A DNA stretch of 41,205 nt, taken from assembly GCA_003990765.1 (NCBI GenBank), contig RBNJ01000111.1, forward strand, positions 1 through 41,205, in the 5' to 3' direction. The translations under genes were made by a program, and so were the position numbers. The notes under the pieces were generated by a model. It saw nothing but the letters and a program-made list of their open reading frames with translations. It made no database searches and was not told the origin of the DNA. This document shows positions 13,275 to 24,583 of this stretch, piece by piece (the stretch's first letter is position 1; the number at the start of each line of letters is the position of its first letter). Source of the stretch: Jimgerdemannia flammicorona (taxonomy: Eukaryota).

Positions 13275-13745
13275 AGAATGATGGAGGGAGGGATATGGCA
13301 GGCAGGAGTGGAAGGATGGAAGATTAGGAAGAGATTGAGAGACTGAGTTCTTTGGTGGATGCTGGATGACTGGAGTGAGGAGATCATAGGATCTATACTC
13401 ACTGAGTGGCAGGGCTGAGATCAAGGATAGACTGGGTATTTATAGCTGAGTGCTGGGATATAGAAGTCTGAAGTAGGATTGAGACAGTCTGGTATTCTTG
13501 GTCAGACCACTAAGGTTTACTGAGTAGAGAGAGGTTTGGGGGTAGTAGAGATAGGCCTGGATATTGACATCTAAAAGCCTCACTGATGAGAGATAGAGTC
13601 TTGTGGAAAGGATGGGTAGTGGAGGTTAGCACTAGGATCATTAACTAGAGAGTACAGGGGTTAGTGATTGGGGATCATTGATAGTAGTTGAAATCTGATA
13701 CCCAGTACTATTGAGGTGAGACTAGGAGAGAGAGGGGAGCTCAGA

Positions 13746-14512
13746 TGTAATAACTTTTATTTCTATCCCTCTCTTATCCTTTGGATACTTAGGAAAATAA
13801 AATATTACTTAGAAACTTAGTACATAATATATACCAAGAAGCCTTCAGTTTGAGAAAGCTCTTGCTTAAAAGTAGTTATAATAACAGTGTCCTTCTTATC
13901 AACCTTAGTTATAAGGAACTTGTTCTTTGCTATGTACAGACTAAATTCACCTTAGAATTTAGGTTCAATGGGTTTACTTAAGTTTTTGGGATTTATATAA
14001 TGGTCTCAGTTCTGGCAGAAGTTAGCTAGACTTCTGGAGTTTAGTCAGAAATACTAGAGTTACTTAGATGTTATTACTAAAGACTCAGAAGAATGTGTAT
14101 ATGGGGAAGGGGACTTAATTCTTGTATCAAGAACTGAACTAAAACTGCTTTATTTTAGATAGAAACTGGGGAATATTTATACAAGTTGGTCTATGATTTC
14201 TGACTAAGTATAAGTAACTAATTTGGTAACTATAGTAAAGTTTGTAATCATGATCTTTATTAGGTAGTTTGTGGTAAAAAACACTTTGTGATCAGAACCT
14301 CTATTGCTAGACAATAATCAGTATTGCTGTAGTACTAGTTACTGCAATACTGATTACTAGAGATAAGCTAAGATATTATTTTTTACATTATTCACATTAT
14401 TTGTTATTTATAATATCATATATCATACTTGATTATTAGTGACATCATCACTAGATCACATGATCTCTCATCATCATATATCACATCTTACCTGTTTACT
14501 CATTTTATTACA
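13746..14512 (-). repeat. Gypsy-1 3' LTR (767 bp)
   Basis: TGTAATAAC..TTATTACA on +. Collinear over its whole length with 22034-22799. Confidence 0.95.
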
Positions 14513-14525
14513 TCCTTCTTCTCTT
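14513..14525 (-). promoter_or_regulatory. Polypurine tract of gypsy-1
   Basis: AAGAGAAGAAGGA on the minus strand, immediately before the 3' LTR. Confidence 0.85.
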
Positions 14526-14539
14526 AGAAATCAATATTC

Positions 14540-15349
14540 TCATTGATTTGGAAATTGAGAACTAGGGGAGAAAGGTGGAAAATTCTCCTTAGTGTTGTTG
14601 TCTTCTTCTACCATAGCTGAAGAGGTAGTTGTTGATAGTTCAATATAAAGGATGGAGAAGCCAATGAGGTCTGCAAATGGTTCTTGAACTGGTATGGACA
14701 TTGGGGTAGGGGTTCTCTATCTAATATAGTTGGGGCCATCTAAGTAGAGTTCTTGATCCTCATATCTAAAAATATCTATTTGAATAAGCTGCCCTTCAAA
14801 GAGGTCAGAGAGACCTTGAAGCCATTGGTCTGAGTTGTTATTCAGGAGAGAGCTCCAGTAGAGTTTGATGTCAGTAAACTTGAGAGTAATCCAGAAGTTG
14901 GCTTCTTAGGCTATCTTGATCTCTAGCTCATCAATCTCAGAGAAGAAGAGGTTCTGAAAGTTCTTCAGTTATACATAGTTGAGGTTGGGGATTACAAAAG
15001 GTATATAATATATAATTTGATAGACCTTCTTAGCTAGTCTTTACTCATATCTGTCCAGGTTGGTTTAGTCTGAGACCTGATCAGTGAGTAGGCCATTTGT
15101 ATATTGAAGAAGTTGATGGTTAATTTTATATTTATACCAGATTTCTAGGCAGCTGGTAGTAAGGTAGACCCTTTCAATAAGTTCACAATAGTCAAGAACA
15201 TACTGTCTTAAGTCCTAACTAGAGAGATTAAGGACCTCAGAGTAGCCATTTCTTCCTTAGATAGTAATCTAGATATGTCCAAAGAGGTGATCAATCTGAT
15301 TTGGGAGAGATTGACTATAGTGGGCAGTTTGGTAGCAGGTAGTAGGTAT
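14540..15349 (-). pseudogene. Putative extra ORF3 of gypsy-1 (~270 codons, unknown function)
   Basis: One minus-strand frame runs from ATA (ex-ATG?) PTTCYQTAHYSQSLPNQIDHLFGHI.. through ..KNFQNLFFSEIDELEIK..ANFWITLKFTDIKLYWSSLL..QWLQGLSDLFEGQLIQ.. to the PPT. C-ending codons are frequent. The 8 internal stops I counted are all TAA/TAG, as expected from CAA/CAG/TGG transitions. Confidence 0.5.
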
Positions 15350-16034
15350 TCTTGTCTTGTCTTTTCTTTATAGAGAGGAGAGGAGGATGAGGGTTGTAGT
15401 ATATTCTTACCCTGGGTATTTATACTTATTCACTTGTCTAGTATAACTTTAATTCAATTATATCAGAATGTATGACCTATTACTATAAGTAGAGTATATG
15501 CTAGTCATATGAGAAAATTCTGATTTCAAAGATATCACCATATTGTAGTTATAGTTACATAGAATTGACAGATCTTGGTCTTTTTTTTTTTGTCTAGTTG
15601 GCACATTTGTAAGAATTGGCCATCCTTGTCTAGAGTGAGGGCTCCCATTATTGCAGCTGGGAGTTTGAACCTCTCAGAAATAATATTTCTTATAATCTAA
15701 GACAATTTCTAGTATTAATATCTATTATGTAGATAGACTTAAATTAGTTTCAACATCATTGACCTTCTTAAGTTCTATATGAAGTATCTATCATCATTTA
15801 GTAGAGACGATACAGATGGTATAAATGGAATTATTCAAATGTATTTTACTGTACCTTGCTGAATTATTCTTCTTCTGAGTATCTTTTTGTTAATTAATTA
15901 TAGTGTTCCATTTTTCTACAATATTCAGTATTGTATATTCCAAATAAATATATAGTGTCTTCTTCCTTTGCTATATACTCTAGGTTTTAAAGCTATAGTT
16001 CCTTCCTCTGCTAGGGGATGAGTATTTCCATATA

Positions 16035-16200
16035 GTCCTGAAGGGCTTCACATATATTCTCTAAAGCTTTTTCTTTTTTCCAGATGGCATTATAAGTGGG
16101 ATAACTCTTTCACTTGATGAGGAAAAACTGCTTGACTGTTTTGGCATATTTGTAGACCTTATGGTCAAGTACTTCCTTAATTTTGAATTCCTTATAGTTA
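16035..16200 (-). pseudogene. Gypsy-1 chromodomain (C-terminus of integrase)
   Basis: Translates as EFKIKEVLDHKVYKYAKTVKQFFLIK*KSYPTYNAIWKKEKALENICEALQDY, matching the chromodomain pattern (ExExILD..YLVKWxGY..xxTWE..L.N). Confidence 0.85.
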
Positions 16201-19200
16201 TTGATCCTAATTGGGGGTAGTGGTAGAACTATATGCTTAGAGAATGGGTTCTCATAGTAGTCTACTAGTTGACTGATATGGAATACTTGATATACTTGAA
16301 TATAGTAGAGAAGTTACAACTTGTAGTTAACTTTACTGACTTTTTCTACAATCTTATACAGTCCAATTCTTCTGACATAGAGTTTCTTAGATAGTTATTA
16401 TATTAGAGTGTCTGGATAGAGATAGTCTATTCTAAGTATATATGACCATTTTGCCAATATTGTAAGAGACTTCCCTTTACTTCAAGTTTATATACTTAGT
16501 CTAGTAGTTCTATACTTCTATGAGAGCATCTCTTGTCATTCAGATAAGGTCAGAAATGGTCTCAATCAAATCTTGGGTTACTGAGACTGCTGATTTCATA
16601 GTTATGCTTAGGGTCCTTGGATATTGACTATGGTTCAGAAAAAATAGAGTCTTCTTTACAGAGGTTTGCTGGCTATTATTGTAGGCAAACTCAATATGGG
16701 CTAGATACTTATCTTAATCATTTTGCTTATAATAGTAGAAGATGCTGAGCATCTGCTTGAGAGTCTTATTGACTTGCTCAGTCTGACCATCAGTCTGAGA
16801 GTGGTAGGCAGTAGAGAACTTCAGCTTGGTTTCATGGAGAGAGAAGAATATCTTCTAGAAGTTGCTTGTAAACTTGACATCTTGATCAGATATAATAGTA
16901 CTAGACATGCTATATAATCTAAATACTTGGTTGAAAAAGATCTTGGCAATCTCTGGTGCTATGGTGGTGGCCTTAATGGATGCAAAATGGGCTTGTTTAC
17001 TTAGATGGTCCATAAATACTACAATAGTATTCTATCCTGTCTTAGTCTTGGGGAGCTGGACAATGAAGTTCATTACAATCTGGTCCCAGTTGTAACTTGG
17101 AATAGACAGGAGTTGCAGAAGTCCTACTGATAGCTTGTTACTGCTTTTGAACCTTTGACATATCTTACATGAGATAACAAAGTCTTTGATATTCTTTATT
17201 AGCTTTGGCTAGTAGAACTCTCTTAAGAGGAGGTTATAAGTCTTCTCAAAACCAAAGTATCCTACTATAGGAGTGTCATGAAGTTCCTCTATAATCTTGA
17301 GCTGCAGAGTATTATTATTAGGTACAACTACTCTGTCATAATCTCTATAGATAAGTCCTTCATAGTGAGTGAATCTTTTTAACATTTGTTTTATAGATTC
17401 TGAAACCTCAGCTTCTGAGTCTAAGGAATTTCACCAGAGGGCTGTCCTGTTGATAGCCATCCTTGATTATCTGGATAAGGTCTCCAATTACCTCAACTAT
17501 GAAGACAAGTTCATCTTCCATATACCTAGAGAAACCATCAGTCATATAGTTGATTTTGTCTGAGATATACTTGATTTCTATATCAAAGTTGACAATGATT
17601 TCTATCTAGCAGGCTTGTCTGTGAGTTAGCATGGACTGTGTGTGAATGTACTACAGAGTATAGTAATTAGTATAAGCTATAAATAGTTGTCCTAGGAGGA
17701 AATAGTGCAATTCCTAGAGTACAGTGATAATGGCCAAGAGTTCCTTCTATAGATAGTATACTAGGTCTCAGCTGGCTTGAGCTTTTGGAAAAGATAGGCC
17801 ATAGTAATCCTCTTGACTGAGTACTATCCTAATAGCAATATTAGAGACATCTGTGGTCAGAGTAAATAGCCTGGTAGGGTCAGGTGTAATTAGTATTGGA
17901 GCCTCAGTAAGAAGTCTCTTGAGATGGTCCATAGCCTGAGTATACTTAGGGGTCTATTTAGTCTTGATTTTCACTGCTTTGCAGGCCAGGCTGGTCAGTA
18001 GACTGTAATAGTAGAGTATCTTTGGATAAACCTTCAGTAATAGCTAGCAATATCCAGGAAGCACTGGAGTAGCTTGAGGATAGTGGGAATAGGAATATCC
18101 TTGAGGGCTAATACTTTTCAGAGGTCCATATTAATACTTTCAGTAGAGATGATATGTCTTAGGTACTCAATCTAATCTTAATACAACTTATACTTACTCA
18201 TTTTGGCATAGAGCTAGTATTCTTGCAGAAGGATCAGTATCTGCCTAAGGTGGATGTAGTATAGCTCTACTGTTTCACTATAGATTAGTATATTATCAAT
18301 ATATATAAGGACATAAATATTGAGCAGTGGTCCAAAGATATCATTCATCAGATACTAGAATATTACTGATGTATTGATCAAACCAAAAGGCATAACTTGG
18401 AACTAGTAGTATCCAAACCACATTTGGAAAGCTGTCTTCTCAATATCCTTCTTATTAAGTAGAGAAAAGGTCTTGGCCTTAAAGATTTAGTGCAATAATT
18501 TATCAATTCTAGACAAGATATACTAGTTCTTAATAGTGATCTTATTGAGAGCTCTGTAGTTAATACATATTTATAAAGAACCATCCTTCTTCTTGACAAA
18601 CAGAATGGGGGCTCTAAATGGAGAGTAACTGGGTCCAATATATCCTTAGACCATTAGTTTGGTCAACTTATCTTTAAGGGTCTTGAGTTTTTATTTGGGC
18701 CAGTTGGTAGATACTCTTATATAGAGGTTCAGATTCTGGAATGAGATCAATTTTATATTAGATTTGGCACTTGGGTGGAAGTCCTTGGGGATCCTGGAAT
18801 ATATCTTGGAATTCCTCAAACAATTCTTGAGCTTCTGATAAGATTGGACTACTCAGAGCTTCAGTGACTTCTTATATAGTATAGATAAAGTAGGTGTTTC
18901 CTTTTTTGTAGGAGAGTCTCTTCATTTGAATGACAGAGATGATTTCAATTTCTTAATAGTTGATATCTTCCTGGGGTATCAGGGTGATCTTTCTGTCTTT
19001 ATGGGTCAGGTTAATCTCATTGGTCCTTTAGTTAATATCTGGGTTATACTGGATCAACCAGGCTTTTTCTAGGATAATGTCTTGTCCTGGGAGGTCTATA
19101 ATACTGAAGTCTAACTTCTCTTGATATTTGCCAATCCTGAGTAAGAGGTCTTCACAGATCTTAGTCAATGGTGCAGTCTCACTATTACCAAAGATAACAC

Positions 19201-19336
19201 TCTTTTTCTTGATGACTGGTCTGCTTTGGGCTCTAATCCTCTTGGCTGTCTTGGTGTTGATATAGTTTCCAGTAACACTGCTGTTAAGTAAGACATTAAT
19301 ATTCTGTCTGTAAACTTGGTCTGTAACTTGATACAA
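16200..19336 (-). pseudogene. Gypsy-1 pol (protease, RT, RNase H, integrase), disrupted
   Basis: Protease INVLLNSSVTGNYI (ex-LLDSGATGN) at ~19270. RT [32 protein letters not shown] at ~18600 and YIDNILIYS (ex-YxDD) at ~18290. Integrase zinc finger HDTPIVGYFGFEKTYNLLLREFY*PKL..SCKICQRFK at ~17150-17280. Confidence 0.92.
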
Positions 19337-19659
19337 CTGTCCTCCTTCTTGATAGTGTTGAGCTCTTTATCCTTATTATTGTTCCAGTTGCTATCAGTCT
19401 CCTTAAAGTTAGTTTCTCCTCATCCTTCACAAGAAGGGTGGTCTTGTTTGGGTTCCTCAGTCTGTTGGGCTTAGCATTTCTCAGATTGGAGTTTGAAAAC
19501 TTTGGAGAGATATGTATGGCATTCACCAATATATTTTATATAGTATATTTAGATAGAATGAGAACATTATCTATATGGTATATAACTATCTATAATTCTC
19601 TTATACTAGTTTTCATCATCTTCCTTCATAGTGGTGATCTTTTAACTGAGAAGTTTGTT

Positions 19660-20070
19660 GGTTGATCCAAACCCTTTCTTACTACAATCTATCTGAGAGA
19701 GTTCAGGAACTTCTTCAATAGTGAGATCTTGATAGATTTCTTCAATGATTGCTTGAGCAATTCTTTGGCCTGCTTTGACCTCAAATGATGTATCTTCAAA
19801 ATTTTGCAAGATGACCTAGATTTCACTAGTAAATTCTTAGTCAACTACTCCTCTTTCTAGACCAATGTTGAATTCTTTAACCAGGCTGCTTCACTTGGCA
19901 AGACAGATATATATACCTTTGGAGACTTTTATTGCAATCTCAATTTGTACTATAGCATTGGTACTTGGTGGGATAGTGAGGTCTTGGCTACTGTAGAGGT
20001 CATATCTGATATCAGTGAGATAGACCTTAGTAGAGATAGTAGCCTTATACTATATCTTCTGTACTTTGAT
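19660..20070 (-). pseudogene. Trimeric dUTPase domain within gypsy-1
   Basis: One frame of 137 codons: IKVQKI*YKATISTKVYLTDIRYDLYSSQDLTIPPSTNAIVQIEIAIKVSKGIYICLAK*SSLVKEFNIGLERGVVD*EFTSEI*VILQNFEDTSFEVKAGQRIAQAIIEEIYQDLTIEEVPELSQIDCSKKGFGST. All five motifs occur in order (GYDL, RSGL, GVVDxxFxGEI, GQRIAQ, RGxKGFGST) after reverting transitions. Confidence 0.9.
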
Positions 20071-20139
20071 GACATTCTCAGAGTTCTTCTTTTCTAGACC
20101 TTCTCTAATAATAGTGATGTTCTGATTACTAGATTTACC

Positions 20140-21930
20140 TGATCTGTTTCTCTTCTCAGAATATCTGACTGAGATATATGTATCTTGCCTTTCTGTAGAT
20201 GAAGCACAATCCTTTTTCATGAAACTGCTTCTTTTTATCCTCAGTAGGGGGTCTTGGTTCTCTGGGGTTTTACTAGTTTCTTTGTTCATTTCTTTGATCA
20301 TTTCATTGATCATTCCTTCTTGTGGAATTTCTTCTATCTTAGTTATCCATTTTGTGTTCTGGATTTCATGAGGTCTATACAGTAAGGATTTCATGGACTC
20401 TTCTTTATACTTAAATAAAGCACTATAAGTAGTAGAGATATCTTTAGGAAAGGCCTTATTCCTTAATCTTCTGAGTGAGCTAGTCTGGTAGGGCTGCAAA
20501 GAGGTAGTTGGCTCTGATACTATTGATGGCCAAATTGTTTTTCTGGTAGGTAAGTTCAACAGTTTTGAGGTAGGCATCTATTCTGATAGCAAAGATTTCT
20601 AAGTCCTCCTAACCATTCTTATGGAACTTCATTTGGACTAGTTTGTTCCAAGTTTCTTATATATAGGCTATATTTTAGAATTTGGTCAATAGTAGGGCCT
20701 TGAGTCCTGGGCCTGCTTTATAGTTATTCCATCCTGGTTTGTTATTACTAGATGCTTGGCCTGCAACTTGAGGGCAGTCTTTCCAGATTACTGGGTGTTC
20801 TTCCAAGGTATACTAGAACTCAGCTACTATTCCAGTAAAGAATATAACTATTATTTCCACTTATGCTGCTGATGTGGCAAACAATTATTGAAGGGTGTTG
20901 TTCTGGTTATTGGTAAGCATTCCTATAGATACTCAGCTATCATTCCATTGGTTTACTCAATAACCTATATCAACTATATTGATGAAGATTTCGATGTTAC
21001 TGTTTTTTTCACTGAATGTAGAGATTCACAAGATCTTGGTTGATTTGTTCTGTTCAGCAATTTGTCCTACTATCTCTGCTAGTATAGCTAGCTGGATAGT
21101 CAGTACTATAATATTGTATCTATCATTGTGTTGACTATTGGTGGTGGTCTTGTGTGGGTAAATTCTCCTGAAGATTGTTCTGTCTAATGAGGTTATAGTA
21201 CTATATAACTTGGGGTTACTTGATTTCTGAATATCAGATTAAAGAGTTCTATAAGAGATAGTAGGCCAAATCTCTGTATAGGTGGCTGGATTGATTCAGA
21301 GGTCTGATCTTCTTGATCTGTAGGTTCTTGGTAAATTCCTAGGTCTGCTGTTTCTTGTTAGCTATCATCAGACTGGTAATCTGTAGAGTCTTCATCTGAC
21401 TCCCTTCCCTGATGAGATAGTATATCCTTGTACTGACTAGGTCCTTCAAAGAGGATATCTGCTTCTAGTAGAATAGATAGGTCTGCTTCTTGATTAGTAG
21501 TAGGAGATAGATGACCTGCTTGCTCATTCTTATATTTTATTATAGCAGAGTCATAGTATACAACTAGCCTATAGTAGAGGGAGGTCCTGGTAGAAGTATG
21601 ATAGTATCTATCAGATATAATCTACTTGATAGCTGCTTCTTTAGCAGTAGGGAGTGAGATATAATCTAGGAATTCCTAGATAACTATAGCAGTAGATTCT
21701 TGGGTCCTAGTGGTTTCAATATAGCTGTGGAGAAGTTCATAGAACCTATAGTGGCTGACTATATTTCTAAGACCTGGGTGGAAAGTCCTAATGACCTGAT
21801 ATAGATCCTTATATATCTGATTAATTATAAGCTGGTGGGTCCTTTGGTCTGTATTTTCCTAGTACTACCTGGTCCTAATGGCAAGGGCTTGTCTGGCTCT
21901 GGTTTGGGGGTTTGTTCCTAGAGAATTCAC
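20140..21930 (-). pseudogene. Gypsy-1 gag, with CX2CX4HX4C zinc knuckle relic at ~20150-20215
   Basis: EKGLCFIYRKARY[ATAT insertion]ISVRYSEKRNRSGK reverts by transitions to CFICRKAGHISxRCPEK. A long degenerate frame lies upstream. The start is approximate. Confidence 0.65.
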
Positions 21931-22016
21931 AGTTAGTTCTAGAAATTACTTCTGTCTAAGATTAGTCTTATTCCAACTTCTTAGGAGTATATTCTTAATG
22001 CCTTCTTGGCTCAGTA

Positions 22017-22033
22017 ATCTATTGCTACTAAGT
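22017..22033 (-). promoter_or_regulatory. Probable primer-binding site of gypsy-1 (degenerate)
   Basis: The minus strand reads ACT-TAGTAGCAATAGA directly after the 5' LTR. This is compatible with a G>A-mutated TGGTAGC.. (initiator-Met tRNA-type PBS). Confidence 0.35.
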
Positions 22034-22799
22034 TGTAATAATTTTTATTTCTATTCCTCTCTTATTCTTTGGATACTTAGGGAAATAAGGTATTACTTAG
22101 AGACTTAGTATATAATGTATATCAAGAAGCCTTCAGTTTGAGAAAGTGCTTGCTTAAAAGTAGTTATAGTAACAGTACTCTCCTTATCAACCTTGGTTGT
22201 AAGAGACTTGTTCTTTGCTATACACAGACTAAATTCACCTTGGAATTCAGGTTCAATGGGTTTACTTAAGTCTTTGGGATTTATATACCAGTCTCAGTTC
22301 TGACAGAAGTTAGCTAGACTTTTGGAGTTTAGTTAGAAACACTAGAGTCACTTAGATATCATTATTAAGACTCAGAGAAATGTGTGTGTAGGGGTGGAGA
22401 CTTGATTCTTATATCAAGAACTAAACTAAAACTGCTTTATTTTAGATAAAAACTAGGGGATATTTATACAAGTTGGTCTACAATTTCTGACTAAGAATAA
22501 GTGACTAATTTGGTAACTATAGTGAGATTTTTAATCACAATCTTTATTAGGTAGTTTGTGGTAAAAAACACTTTATAATCAGAACCTCTATTGCTAAACA
22601 ATGATAAATATTACTATAGTACTGGTTACTGTGGTACCAATTACTAGAGATAAGCTGGAATATTGTTTTTCATATTGTTCACATTGTTCATCATTTGTAA
22701 TATTATATATCATGCTCAATCATTGGTGACATCATCACCAGGTCATGTGATCTCTTATTGTCACATATTATATCTTGTCTGTTTACTCATTCTATTATA
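22034..22799 (-). repeat. Gypsy-1 5' LTR (766 bp)
   Basis: TGTAATAAT..CTATTATA on +, with the terminal CA mutated to TA. Direct repeat of 13746-14512. Confidence 0.95.
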
Positions 22800-24393
22800 C
22801 TAAAGGAGGAGGCATATTTAGTAGGCTTTACTGAGGCTAGCAAAACTACTGAAGAGGTGGGCTGGGGCTTTGGCAGACTGTGAGGAAGGAGACTGAAGGA
22901 TTCAGAGGATCTAGTAGAAGGTGAATGAACTGAAAGAGCTACTTAGACAGAAGGAGGAATTGCAGATAAAGAGAATGACAGCTCAGTTAAGGTGGTAGGG
23001 TTTGGAGGAAAGAGAGCAGCCTACTAAATTTTTGTTGAGATTACTGCAGGCAAGGAGGATGAGACAGCAGTGAGAAGGAGTACTGAATGAGACAGAGAAT
23101 ATAGTAACTAGAATACCAGAGATCTTAGATCTATTGCAGAATTATTGGGAGTAACTATAGAGTGAGGAGAAGAGAGATGAAAATGCTCTTAGTATGGAAT
23201 GACAATTAGAGGATTGGTACCCAGATTCAGCTGCAGGTCTAGGCAATCTTGGCACCCTGGTGCAGAGAGAGAAGATGTGTCAGGTCTTGGTAATGACAAA
23301 TATGGAGATAGCTTCTAGAGAGAATGAGTTGTCTTGGGATTTTTGGAAGAAGATGGCTGAAGTTGAGATTGTGCTGGAGGAGATGGTGTGGATATATGAT
23401 GAGATCATTAGCTCAGGGATCTGAATTGGGAGACAGTACCTAGAACTTATAGCTCTATTGTATAAGAATAAGAGAATAAGGGAGAATTGGAGAAACTAAA
23501 GACCAATTATACTTCTGGATATAGATCACAAGTTAGTGATAAAGATTTTGGTAATCAGGCTGTAAGAAGTGACTTAATAAGTAGTAGGGACTGAGCAGAG
23601 GGGCTTTGTCAGTAGTCATTTAATTCATAATAGAACAGCATGGGTCTATAGTATTATTGAGAGTACTTATACAGCTGGAGTTGATAGTCAACTAGTCTTT
23701 TTGGATCAGAAGAAGGCTTATAATAGAGTTTAGTATATATGGCTGAAGGGGGTATTGAAGCAAATGGGGGTCTCTCTAGGATTTAGAAGATTATTGATTT
23801 ATCTATTGAAGGAGAGCTGAGTAGCTATTATAGTAATTAGGCATAGGAAAGAGTCCTCCTCTCTGAGCAGAGGAGTGCCACAAGAAGATCCATTATTACT
23901 GATTCTATATGCCCTCTCACTGGAGCCCTTATTGGATAAGATATGATATAGAGTTGGGGGTTTGGACATTTTGAGAGTGAACTGGAAGGTTGGGGCCTTT
24001 GCTGATAATATAGTAGTTGGGCTGAGCTCTGTGAAGGATGTGATGGTACTAAAAAGTATAGTAGAATGGTATGAGAGGTATTTGGGTACTAGACTCAACT
24101 GGTATAAGTGTGAGACTCTGGTCCTAGATAGAGGAATAGTGGGTGGAGATGTAATCAGAATAGTGGTTCTAGCTAGTGAGACAGTTCATTATCTGGGGAT
24201 TTATTTTTTAGTATATAGCTCTCTGCTATCTCATGGTTGATGGGAGCAGAGGCTACTAGCATGGGGGGATGTTCTCTTGAGGTTAAGAGGCTATTATATC
24301 TCACTGACAGAGAGAGTGATGGTGCTGAATGTATACTGGCTGCCAAAGTTATAGTATCTGGGATATTACTTAGACTTTTTAGCATAGGTGGTC

Positions 24394-24410
24394 AAGAGAC
24401 TGATGAAGAC
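24394..24410 (+). repeat. Left TSD of LINE-D (AAGAGACTGATGAAGAC); right copy at 30198-30214 (AAGAGACTGATGAAGAT)
   Basis: 16-17 bp direct repeat. LINE-C ORF2 (..VVKRLMK..) rejoins when LINE-D is removed. Confidence 0.95.
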
Positions 24411-24583
24411 AAGGACTTCTTTTGCTTGAACCATTCGGAGAGAGCTAAGCCACACAGACATCTTTCAGCAAAAGACAACACGTTTTCAAGTTTTTATTTT
24501 GAACATACTGGTGTACATTGTGCAGTGGGAGTCTACCTACAAGGCACAACAAGTTTCAAGGAAAACCGTCAAGTTTTGGTAAC

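Larger units (their letters stand above)
13746..22799 (-). mobile_element. Gypsy-1: full-length decayed Ty3/gypsy chromovirus (gag-ZnK-dUTPase-PR-RT-RH-IN-chromodomain-ORF3), inserted in LINE-C ORF2
   Basis: Two ~766-bp LTRs with TG..CA-type ends and a PPT next to the 3' LTR. Pol domains are in gypsy order on the minus strand. LINE-C sequence is continuous across the insertion. Flanks TCAGA / CTAAA are compatible with a transition-degraded 5-bp TSD. Confidence 0.95.

Noticed and set aside
14540-15349. Calling ORF3 an env gene
   Set aside because: No signal peptide, furin site or convincing transmembrane segment is visible; only the position fits.
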